From contig NC_000917.1 in the NCBI RefSeq assembly GCF_000008665.1, positions 1,590,001 through 1,622,000 on the forward strand: a DNA stretch of 32,000 bases, written 5' to 3'. The notes beneath the pieces are model-generated. The model made no database searches. It was not told the origin of the DNA and was given only the letters and a program-made list of their open reading frames with translations. Position numbers and translations under genes: made by a program. The stretch is from Archaeoglobus fulgidus DSM 4304. Its GTDB lineage: Archaea > Halobacteriota > Archaeoglobi > Archaeoglobales > Archaeoglobaceae. This document shows, piece after piece, positions 15,070 to 22,414 of this stretch. How positions within the stretch are numbered: the first letter of the stretch is position 1; each line of letters starts with the position of its first letter.

Positions 15070-15999
15070 TCACTCCTCACAGCTCTTTTCTTTCAGAAGG
15101 GAGATAAAGTCCTTCGCGCTGCTGACGGAGTAAAGCTCCTCTTTTAAGACAAAAACAACAGATTCAACCTTCTTCTTGCAGGCCTTGTCGGTGATGTACG
15201 CAGCCTCAGCATCTATCGCTTCTGATATCCTTCCGAGGAGCCTTGCCCTTTTCTCAATCTCCCTAACCTGCTTGAATCCCGTAAGAATCTGATCCTCTTT
15301 AGCCTGCGAGACTGCATCGAAGGGAGCCTGCCTTACCGGATACACCGAAAGCCCAATAACTCTAAGCTGCTCTATTATCTCCCCTTCCTCCCCCTCAACC
15401 TCTTCCTCCTCGCTAATGTCAGCCTCAACAAAGTTGAGCAGGTCTATTTCCTTTATCGCAAAGGTACCGATGATTTCCTCAATTTTTGCTGCCGTCGAAA
15501 GAGTGGTGTCCGTCCCCTCTTCGTACTTCTTTACAGTCCTCCTCGAAACTCCGAGCATCTTTGCCATGTCTCCTACGCTAAGTCCTAACCTCTCCCTCGC
15601 CTCCCTTATTCTCTCGCTGTCGAGCTTCACGTAGTAACCGCCGGGAGCGGAGTAAACGTAGGGGTAAATCCCCTCCACGATGAAGTCGTAGAAGGTGGCG
15701 AGGTTGATTACCGGTAAGCCGTAGCGTGTGTAAACAACACCCCTCTCAAGAAAGTCGAACTTGAACCTCTCCCCGATAACGATGGGGCTTGCCTGAAGGA
15801 TTTTCGTCAGCTTCTTCATCTCTTCCGCCGCCTCAGGTTTGAGAGAGTCCACATTGTAGAGTACTTTTATGAGCAAAACCACGTCATCTTTTCTCGCCAC
15901 GATATCGAAGCATCTCGGCTTAGTCTCAGCTAAGTCTGCAACGGAAAATTCAGCCTTCTGAAGGATCTTGACGACTGATTCTATCAGGGCGGCGTACAT
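15070..15999 (-). CDS. Archaeal putative HTH-type (XRE/cro-C1) transcriptional regulator, conserved euryarchaeal family
   Basis: A central HTH (LGLSVGDMAKMLGVSRRTVKKYEEG) is flanked by N- and C-terminal domains of unknown function. 309 aa. A TATA-like CTTATATAG lies about 20-28 nt upstream of the ATG. Confidence 0.8.
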   Translation of the reverse strand: MYAALIESVVKILQKAEFSVADLAETKPRCFDIVARKDDVVLLIKVLYNVDSLKPEAAEEMKKLTKILQASPIVIGERFKFDFLERGVVYTRYGLPVINLATFYDFIVEGIYPYVYSAPGGYYVKLDSERIREARERLGLSVGDMAKMLGVSRRTVKKYEEGTDTTLSTAAKIEEIIGTFAIKEIDLLNFVEADISEEEEVEGEEGEIIEQLRVIGLSVYPVRQAPFDAVSQAKEDQILTGFKQVREIEKRARLLGRISEAIDAEAAYITDKACKKKVESVVFVLKEELYSVSSAKDFISLLKEKSCEE

Positions 16000-16032
16000 C
16001 TACAATGATGTATATGAGTTTCTATATAAGAT

Positions 16033-16764
16033 TTATGTCCTCTGGATTTTCTCTTCCCAGACCTTTTTAACAGCTTCCTCAACAATTTTGAGGCATTCTC
16101 TCGCATTTTCCTTAGCCTTCTCAACTATTTCCCTGTAATCGATGCTCTGGTTCTTTATTCCGTGGGCGTAGTTATCCATCGTGCAGACGATGGCGTAACT
16201 CAGTCCAAGCTCTCTGGCTATGGTTGCCTCGCTCCCTGCGGTCATGCCCACGCAGTCTGCGAAGCTCTTTATCATCGCAATCTCGGCCTTGGTTTCAAGT
16301 CTCGGGCCTCGCGTCTGGAAGTAAACTCCTTTGTCAATCACCGGAAAGCTTGAAATTTTTCTTGCAACTTCAACAAGCACCTCTCTGAGATACTCGTCAA
16401 ACCCGGGCGTGACGTGGACGAGCGAGTCGTTGTAAATAGTAACGCCGCTGAAGAAGTCGATGTAATCGTGGGGGATGATGAGGGATGGCAGGCTGTACTC
16501 TTCCCTGAGAGCTCCAACGGAGCCCATGCCGATGACGTATTTAACGCCGAGCGACTTCAGGGCGTAGAAGTTAGCGGCATGGTTTATTCTGTGAGGCGGC
16601 TTGTCCTTTCTCTTCCCGTGCCTTTGAATTATTGCCACGTCAATGCCATCAACCCTTCCAACATCGATTTCCGCTGTTCCGTAGGGAGTCTCAATTCTCG
16701 TCTCCTCAACATCTTTCAGAACCTTAATTTCGAGAATGTGCGTGCCCCCGATTATGCCGATCAT
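16033..16764 (-). CDS. mtnP: 5'-methylthioadenosine / purine nucleoside phosphorylase (MTAP family)
   Basis: MIGIIGGT N-terminus, HGKRKDKPPHRINHAANFYALKSLGV, and GMTAGSEATIARELGL. There is an ATGA overlap with the upstream PRTase gene. Confidence 0.88.
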   Translation of the reverse strand: MIGIIGGTHILEIKVLKDVEETRIETPYGTAEIDVGRVDGIDVAIIQRHGKRKDKPPHRINHAANFYALKSLGVKYVIGMGSVGALREEYSLPSLIIPHDYIDFFSGVTIYNDSLVHVTPGFDEYLREVLVEVARKISSFPVIDKGVYFQTRGPRLETKAEIAMIKSFADCVGMTAGSEATIARELGLSYAIVCTMDNYAHGIKNQSIDYREIVEKAKENARECLKIVEEAVKKVWEEKIQRT

Positions 16765-17372
16765 TCGCTCAGCCTCCAGTAAACCCTACCTCCCTCAGTT
16801 CTCTTTTCTATCAGGCCCTTCAGCTCCATGAACTCGAGCACGTCCTCAAATTTTCCGGGGAAAACGGCCTCAAGGGAGTGAATGTTTAACCCCCTCTCGG
16901 AAACGATTCTTCTGAGTTTTGACTGGCTCATCTCCCCTTCTTCACGCAGTATCTCGGAAATGAGGCTAGAAATGTCCTCAAAAACGTTCCACGGGAAGAT
17001 AACCCAGTAGTATTCGGTAAGGTAGTCGCCGAGGTAGTCCGGAATGAAGTCTGACTTTTCCAGCATCAGAAGGGATGCTGTCCTGACCTCATCACCCTCA
17101 ACAAGCTCTAAAGCCCTGCTCATCGTCTTTCCCGTGTTGATGAAGTCATCAACCACCAGCAGCCTGCTACCCCCGACCTTTTCTTTGCCGTCTTTCACGT
17201 CCAGGCAGACGATCCTGGAAACCCCAAGGTAGTCGCTTAGCAAACTTCCAACGAAAATGCCGCCCTTGGCGAGCGCGACAATTCTTTCGGGGATGAACTT
17301 GTCTTCCACGATCTCAAACGCAATTTTCCTGCAGAGGCTTTCCACGTATCTCCAGCTCAGAACGAGGTACAT
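16761..17372 (-). CDS. Purine (xanthine/guanine/hypoxanthine-type) phosphoribosyltransferase with C-terminal winged-helix-like extension
   Basis: PRPP-binding loop LLVVDDFINTGKTM, and a Gpt-like N-terminus MYLVLSWRYVESLCRKIA. The last ~56 aa (MSQSKLRRIV...LEFMELKGLIEKRTEGGRVYWRL) look like a wHTH. I prefer the ATG at 17372, where GGTGAG lies upstream and TAA-A-ATG follows DP1, over the track GTG at 17381. Confidence 0.8.
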   Translation of the reverse strand: MYLVLSWRYVESLCRKIAFEIVEDKFIPERIVALAKGGIFVGSLLSDYLGVSRIVCLDVKDGKEKVGGSRLLVVDDFINTGKTMSRALELVEGDEVRTASLLMLEKSDFIPDYLGDYLTEYYWVIFPWNVFEDISSLISEILREEGEMSQSKLRRIVSERGLNIHSLEAVFPGKFEDVLEFMELKGLIEKRTEGGRVYWRLSE

Positions 17373-17373
17373 T

Positions 17374-18840
17374 TTACTCACCGTAGAACCTCAGCCTTAT
17401 AACCTCTCCTCCCGGCCTGTAAACCGCAACGTTGCCGGGCATCGGGTTGAGATTGACCTTTTTCTGAAACTCGGTCTGCGCCTGCCAGGTGGAGGAGTTG
17501 ACCATGAAAACGCCTCTGTAAAACCCCGTTCCGTAGGTGTGGATGTGTCCGCAGTGAAGAATATCGGGAACGTCCTCAATAACGAGGTAATCCTCCCTTT
17601 CCGGAGCCAAAGGTGTTCTTCCACCGTAAATCGGGCTGAGGTGCCTCCTCTTCAGCAGCTCCTCCATGACCTTCTGAGGCTCATCGTAGCTCAGGCGCGG
17701 AATTTTCGAAATTATGTCGTCTATGCTCCTCCCGTGGTAAATCAGAACCTTCACACCCTCTATATCGACGTATGCGGGATTTCCAACATGCTCAACGTTT
17801 TTAGGAAACAGGCTCCTGATCTCGCCTTCAAACGCTGGTTGAGGTTCGGCCTGCCTGACCGCATCATGGTTTCCGGGAGAGACTATTATTTTGATCTCTT
17901 TCGGAATCTCGTCAAGATGGGAGGCTGCAAACTCGTACTGGCCGTAGATGTCGCTTATCGCTAAATCATCCTCCTGACCGGGATAAACACCGATACCGTC
18001 AACGATATCGCCCGCAATTACAATGTACTTAACCTTCTCAGCGAGATTCTGGCTTTTCTTTCCTCCAACCTCCCCCTTAAGCCACCTGACGAACATTTCC
18101 CACTCCTTCTCGAGGAATTCCTTGCTTCCGAAGTGCGTGTCCGAGAGGAAAACGATGTAAAAATCCCTCTTCTTCTCTCCGTTCCCGTTAATCGGAACGT
18201 CGGGAAAAACTATTCTGTTTGCGTAGAGTGAGGAGCCCTTCAGCAATCCTGTTACGCCGATGACCTCGTCACCAAGAAGCTCTCTTGCAACCTCAGCGTT
18301 TTTTCCGGTTGCAACGCAGGTTATGGTTCCTGTTGTGTCTTCAAGGCGTATGTAGCATTTGTCTCCCCTCTCGTAGACTTCATTCACCATCCCCACAACG
18401 CTAACGTTCCCCCTAACCTTCCCGGCGTGGGCTATGGGGGTGGTGTTTACCCTGCTCCTTATTATCCTTGAAAGCTTCTCAAGTCTGGAGTTGAAGTACA
18501 TAAGGAAGTCCTCCACGTTTCCCTGACAGCTGGACTTCCCCGTTATGTCCTTTATGACCTTGAGAGCGATGCAGGAGGCCTTTACCTCTTCCACCTTCCT
18601 TTCCTCCGGCCTGGGCGTTAGGGTTGCTGGCTTCAGATTTGATAGGTTTCGTAAGAACTCCTCAACAACGCTCTTTTCTATGATGAAACCCCCATTGGCT
18701 ATGCGGCAAATCTTGTCAACGAGTTCATCGCTAAAGAGGCCGGATTTGCAAATTAGCTCAGCAGCTTTGGGGTCTATGTTGTACCCCCTTACCAGAAACT
18801 TCTTCGCCACTGTTGCGGCATCGATATTTTTAATTACCAT
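17374..18840 (-). CDS. polB: DNA polymerase D (PolD / DNA polymerase II) small subunit DP1
   Basis: An N-terminal DP1 domain, an OB-fold region, and calcineurin-like phosphoesterase motifs (FLSDTHFGS, IAGDIVDG, GNHD, HGRS, CGHIH). 488 aa. AAGGAGGAG lies upstream of the ATG. Confidence 0.93.
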   Translation of the reverse strand: MVIKNIDAATVAKKFLVRGYNIDPKAAELICKSGLFSDELVDKICRIANGGFIIEKSVVEEFLRNLSNLKPATLTPRPEERKVEEVKASCIALKVIKDITGKSSCQGNVEDFLMYFNSRLEKLSRIIRSRVNTTPIAHAGKVRGNVSVVGMVNEVYERGDKCYIRLEDTTGTITCVATGKNAEVARELLGDEVIGVTGLLKGSSLYANRIVFPDVPINGNGEKKRDFYIVFLSDTHFGSKEFLEKEWEMFVRWLKGEVGGKKSQNLAEKVKYIVIAGDIVDGIGVYPGQEDDLAISDIYGQYEFAASHLDEIPKEIKIIVSPGNHDAVRQAEPQPAFEGEIRSLFPKNVEHVGNPAYVDIEGVKVLIYHGRSIDDIISKIPRLSYDEPQKVMEELLKRRHLSPIYGGRTPLAPEREDYLVIEDVPDILHCGHIHTYGTGFYRGVFMVNSSTWQAQTEFQKKVNLNPMPGNVAVYRPGGEVIRLRFYGE

Positions 18841-18859
18841 CCCATCTCCTCCTTAAAGC

Positions 18860-19429
18860 ATGGACACTGAATCCAAGACCTACCAGTTTCTGAAAGATGT
18901 CGTCTCAACGTTAATTATCGTTGCGGTTGTGGTGGGTGGAGGTATAGCAATCACTGGCACCTGGCCCTTTATGGTTGCGGTTGAGTCTGGTAGCATGGAG
19001 CCACATCTTTATCCGGGCGACGTCGTCTTCCTCCTCAGCCCCTCACGCACGGGTGGAATTGTGACGTGGGAGGAGGGAAAGGAGACGGGATACATGAGCT
19101 TTGGGAATTACGGGGATGTTATAGTTTACAAGCCCAACGGCTACGGAAAGCCGATCATCCACAGAGCCATCGCCTACGTTCACAAGGGAGACTACATCCC
19201 GGCGATCGTGAACGGCAAGCTCGTTCTGACGAACCAGATAGCTGAGAGCGACGGCTACATAACCCAGGGAGACAACGTGAGGACAAATCAGCTTCCTGAT
19301 CAGGCTGTTCCTGCAGCGTTCTCTCCAATCGGTGAGAAAATTCTGCCCGTAAAGGAGGATTGGATTATAGGCGTTGCAAAGTTCAGAGTTCCGTATATAG
19401 GCTATCTGAGGCTGTTGATTCCCATCTAA
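18860..19429 (+). CDS. Signal peptidase I (archaeal Sec11/S26 type)
   Basis: An N-terminal TM anchor, the catalytic Ser box SGSMEPHLYPGDVV, then HRAI and GDN boxes. Confidence 0.85.
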   Translation: MDTESKTYQFLKDVVSTLIIVAVVVGGGIAITGTWPFMVAVESGSMEPHLYPGDVVFLLSPSRTGGIVTWEEGKETGYMSFGNYGDVIVYKPNGYGKPIIHRAIAYVHKGDYIPAIVNGKLVLTNQIAESDGYITQGDNVRTNQLPDQAVPAAFSPIGEKILPVKEDWIIGVAKFRVPYIGYLRLLIPI

Positions 19430-19477
19430 TTTTGTCTTTTTTTGTCATAGCAAGCGAAAGAATTTTAATGTTATGTA

Positions 19478-19498
19478 TTTCTAACATTATGTTAGAAA
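19478..19498. promoter_or_regulatory. 21-bp perfect palindrome (candidate operator) in front of the membrane-protein/XRE gene pair
   Basis: TTTCTAACAT-T-ATGTTAGAAA has 10-bp perfectly complementary arms around a central T, 20 nt upstream of the ATG at 19519. An extra ATGTTA half-site lies at 19469-19474, exactly 20 bp from the one at 19489-19494. A TATA-like AATTTTAAT lies at 19461-19469. Confidence 0.6.
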
Positions 19499-19518
19499 AA
19501 CCTAACAAAGGTGGAATC

Positions 19519-19881
19519 ATGAGGTACGGTAAAATAGGAGTTGCTACGGCAATGGCCGTTGGGGCAGCGGTAGGCTATGCGGTTGAGAGTGGAAAATGGT
19601 TTATTACAGTAATTGCAGTGCTGGCAGGAGTTGCTTTGCTCTCACTGGTTAAGAGAAGGGTTGATGAGGTTGTGGAGGATGAGAGGACTGTAAGGGTTGG
19701 CGAGAGGGCTTCGAGGAGGACGGTTGAAATTTTTAGCATCGGAGCGGCTTTGAGCGGAGCAGTGATGCTGGCCCTTGATTTACACACGGAGGCTGCTCTC
19801 GCTCTTGAGTTTGCGGTCTGCTGCGTTCTCGTGCTATATCTTATCTTTTACGGCTACTACAGCTTTAGGGCGTTGGATTGA
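19519..19881 (+). CDS. Small integral membrane protein (4 predicted TM helices; DUF2178/COG4854-like)
   Basis: The ATG at 19519 is preceded by AAAGGTGG. Four hydrophobic segments are separated by a charged loop ([23 protein letters not shown]). The track start at 19360 would overlap the signal peptidase gene and cross the palindromic promoter region. Confidence 0.7.
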   Translation: MRYGKIGVATAMAVGAAVGYAVESGKWFITVIAVLAGVALLSLVKRRVDEVVEDERTVRVGERASRRTVEIFSIGAALSGAVMLALDLHTEAALALEFAVCCVLVLYLIFYGYYSFRALD

Positions 19882-19890
19882 GTTGGATTG
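19872..19890 (+). repeat. Tandem direct repeat GTTGGATTG-A-GTTGGATTG at the junction of the membrane-protein and XRE genes
   Basis: Two exact 9-mers with a 10-bp period. The first contains the TGA stop (19879-19881) of the upstream gene, and the second ends 13 nt before the ATG at 19904. Confidence 0.9.
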
Positions 19891-19903
19891 CGTAGTGAGG
19901 AAA

Positions 19904-20116
19904 ATGAGAACGAGAATAAGGGAGTTCAGGGCGAAGTACGGGATGACGCAGGAGGAGCTGGCGAAGAAGGTAGGGGTGAGGAGAGAAACCATTGTTTTTC
20001 TTGAGAAGGGGAAGTACAACCCGTCTCTAAGGCTGGCGTACAAAATAGCGAGAGTTTTCAACGCAAGGATAGAAGACCTCTTTATTTTTGACGATGAGGA
20101 GCTTTGGGGAAAGTAA
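19904..20116 (+). CDS. Small XRE-family HTH transcriptional regulator (COG1476/YozG-like)
   Basis: [62 protein letters not shown] is the canonical ~70-aa cro/C1 HTH of this family. A GTG at 19895 is an alternative start. Confidence 0.88.
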   Translation: MRTRIREFRAKYGMTQEELAKKVGVRRETIVFLEKGKYNPSLRLAYKIARVFNARIEDLFIFDDEELWGK

Positions 20117-20120
20117 AAAA
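20111..20120 (-). terminator. T6 tract immediately after the MIPS stop codon (minus strand)
   Basis: On the minus strand the sequence reads TAA-TTTTTTACTT. The tract lies inside the last codons of the convergent XRE gene, and only 4 nt separate the two stops. Confidence 0.35.
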
Positions 20121-21299
20121 TTATTTCAGATTTGAATACCACTCCTTGAGCACAACAAACTGCTCGTGTGTGTTTATCACGTTGGTGTCCATTGGGCTCT
20201 TGAAGAAGAAGGCCATCTCCTTCACGACGCCCTTCACACCCTTCTTCTTCGCAAACAGAAGGAATCTCGCGATGTCGAGGATTAGCGGGGCAGCTACGAT
20301 CGCATCGATCGCATCCCAGATGAAGTAGAACTTCATCAGCTTGCCGAGGAAGCCCTTGAAGTGCACGAAGTCGAAGGCGGTTTTGTTGTCAACGAGGCTC
20401 GGGAAGTACTGTATCTCGGTGATGCTGTAGGGTGAGTAGCCAAGCATCTTCTCCAGAACCTTGTCCTTGCTCAGAACCTTGCTCTCCTTGTTGTCCCTGG
20501 CCGACAGCACCTTTCCGTCGTAGTCGCCGAGGATGTTGTAGCTCATCCAGCCCACGACCTCCATGTTTCTGTAGGCGAACATGGGGGCGAGGGTTGTTTT
20601 GACCAGCGTTTCGCCGGTTTTGCCGTCATTGCCTGCATGCGGGACTCCCTTCTTTTCCGCAAGCTCCTTCAATGCCGGGATTGCGGAACCCGGACTGGGT
20701 GTGAAGTTCGCATACGGTAAGCCGAGCTTTAATGCAGCGTAGGCGTAGAGCATGCTTGCAGATGCGTATTCTTTCCTGTCCTCGTCGATCATCCTCTCGA
20801 AGCCTTCAAGGCTGCCGTGATACTCTTCGCTGTAGTTGGGCAGGGGCTCTGTTGATGCCACGTTTATAACAACTGTCTCGTCGTCAGCGAAGCTCTTGAT
20901 GTCCTCCTCAATCCTCGAAACCATCTCTGCTAGGCTCAATCCCTCGCCTTCAAGCGTTTTTATGTCTCCGAGCTCCTTTATTCCGCTACCGCAGTTCAAC
21001 GCAGTACCCTTCCTCGCAACTATGCCTTCAAGATCACTTTTCACGGCCTCCAGAATCTCCCTGTCGAAGTGTCTGTTGAGCTCCCAGTGCTCCTTCGCTG
21101 CCTCGTAAGCGTTGCTAAGCAGTCTGATTTCGTGTCCGCCAAATTCGAATGAGAAGGGAGCATATTTTTCAATACCCTCAAAGTGCGGAAGTTCTGAAAC
21201 GAGTCCGATCTTTGGAGCGATGCCCCTCTCTATGGCCCTCGCTCCGACCATGGCCGTCGTAGAAACTATACCATAAGCGCCTACCAGCCAGACCTTCAT
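20121..21299 (-). CDS. ino1: myo-Inositol-1-phosphate synthase (MIPS)
   Basis: 392 aa, with N-terminal Rossmann MKVWLVGAYGIVSTTAMVGA, GNDGKTGETL, and SYNILGDYDG. I recognise it as the short archaeal MIPS of Archaeoglobus. A strong GGAGGTGA lies 8 nt upstream of the ATG. Confidence 0.95.
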   Translation of the reverse strand: MKVWLVGAYGIVSTTAMVGARAIERGIAPKIGLVSELPHFEGIEKYAPFSFEFGGHEIRLLSNAYEAAKEHWELNRHFDREILEAVKSDLEGIVARKGTALNCGSGIKELGDIKTLEGEGLSLAEMVSRIEEDIKSFADDETVVINVASTEPLPNYSEEYHGSLEGFERMIDEDRKEYASASMLYAYAALKLGLPYANFTPSPGSAIPALKELAEKKGVPHAGNDGKTGETLVKTTLAPMFAYRNMEVVGWMSYNILGDYDGKVLSARDNKESKVLSKDKVLEKMLGYSPYSITEIQYFPSLVDNKTAFDFVHFKGFLGKLMKFYFIWDAIDAIVAAPLILDIARFLLFAKKKGVKGVVKEMAFFFKSPMDTNVINTHEQFVVLKEWYSNLK

Positions 21300-21370
21300 T
21301 AAGCATCACCTCCTCAGAGAAATTGGAGATGTCTGTGTGTTCTCGAACCTCTCGGAATAAAAAATTTCCT

Positions 21371-22405
21371 TCAGAAGTAGTTTTTGGCGTTCTCGATTGC
21401 TCTTGCCACAATCTCTACAGCGCTCTCAACGTCCTTCAAGTCAACAACCTCCACAGGGCTGTGAATGTATCTTGCAGGCACGCTGACAACCCCTGCTGGA
21501 ATTCCGGCCTTTGTGAGGTGAATTGCAGTTGCATCGGTGGTTCCGCCCTCAGCAACCTCAAGCTGATAGGGGATGCCGTATTTTTCAGCTGTCTCGGTCA
21601 GCCACCTCAAAACCTTTGGAGAGGCAATCAACCCCCTCCCCGATGCGTCTATGACTGTGATTGCCGCTCCCTTACCGAGCTTGACGTCCATGTGCGCCGA
21701 CTCGCTGCCGGGAAAGTCTGCAGCGACGCAGGTGTCAACTGCAATTGCGGCTGTGGGCTCGATGGCGAAGGCCGAAGTTCTAGCCCCCTTCAAACCGACC
21801 TCCTCCTGAACCGTCGCGACCGCGTGGATGGTGATGTCAGCCTTTGCCCTTCTCACCGCCTCGATCATCACCGCAACACCAACCCTGTTGTCGAAGGCTT
21901 TGCCCGTTATTCTGCCATTTGCCAGCTCCACGATCTCTCTGTCAAGGGCAACGGGAGTGCCTACGTTGATGCCCATCTCAAGCACTTCCTCCTTGCTGCT
22001 AGCCCCGATATCGACGAACATGTCCTTTATCTCGATTCCCTTCTTCCTCTCTTCATCCTTCATCAGGTGGGGAGGCTTGCAGCCGATAACACCGTAAACC
22101 TTCTTTTTTCCGTACAAAACGACTCTCTGAGCTAAAGCAATCTGGGAAAACCACCCGCCGATCGGAGCAATCCTGATGAACCCCTTATCATCAATGTACT
22201 TCACGGCAAAGCCAATCTCGTCCATGTGCGCTGCAACCATTATCTCCGGCTCTCCTCCATTCTTTGTGCAGATCAGATTTCCCATGCTGTCCGTCTTTAC
22301 TTCATCAGCCCAGTCTTCAAGCTCCGCCCTTACGATCTCTCTGACTTCATCCTCATAACCGCTAATTCCGTGAGCGTTGCTCAGTTTTGCGATAAGCTCC
22401 TTCAA
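21371..22405 (-). CDS. M42-family metallo-aminopeptidase (TET/FrvX/CelM-like)
   Basis: GISGYEDEVREIV, HMDEIGF, FDNRVG, and QEEVGLKGA motifs. TTG start, with GGTGG 4 nt upstream. Confidence 0.88.
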   Translation of the reverse strand: MKELIAKLSNAHGISGYEDEVREIVRAELEDWADEVKTDSMGNLICTKNGGEPEIMVAAHMDEIGFAVKYIDDKGFIRIAPIGGWFSQIALAQRVVLYGKKKVYGVIGCKPPHLMKDEERKKGIEIKDMFVDIGASSKEEVLEMGINVGTPVALDREIVELANGRITGKAFDNRVGVAVMIEAVRRAKADITIHAVATVQEEVGLKGARTSAFAIEPTAAIAVDTCVAADFPGSESAHMDVKLGKGAAITVIDASGRGLIASPKVLRWLTETAEKYGIPYQLEVAEGGTTDATAIHLTKAGIPAGVVSVPARYIHSPVEVVDLKDVESAVEIVARAIENAKNYF

Positions 22406-22414
22406 AATACCACC

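Noticed and set aside
17257-17964. 235-aa plus-strand ORF
   Set aside because: It is antisense to the 3' part of DP1 and the 5' part of the PRTase gene. Both minus-strand products are unambiguous, and the plus-strand product has no recognisable features.
19360-19518. Track-suggested N-terminal extensions: 19360 for the membrane protein, and likewise 25002 for DUF47, 8502 for the dehydrogenase, 12622 for KsgA, 19775 for the XRE gene and 11171 for NfeD
   Set aside because: These extensions overlap upstream genes or cross promoter/terminator-like AT-rich sequence, and they add non-conserved residues. Internal ATG starts with an SD or TATA context and family-typical N-termini fit better.
20298-20315. 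Tandem 9-bp repeat GATCGCATC x2
   Set aside because: It lies inside the MIPS gene and simply encodes the peptide repeat DAIDAI in ...WDAIDAIVAAP.... There is no sign of any function beyond coding.
21323-22135. 270-aa plus-strand ORF (Cys/Arg-rich)
   Set aside because: It is entirely antisense to the M42 aminopeptidase gene, whose product has clear family motifs. The plus-strand translation is low-complexity with no recognisable domain, no RBS or TATA context, and looks like a shadow ORF of the opposite-strand codon pattern.
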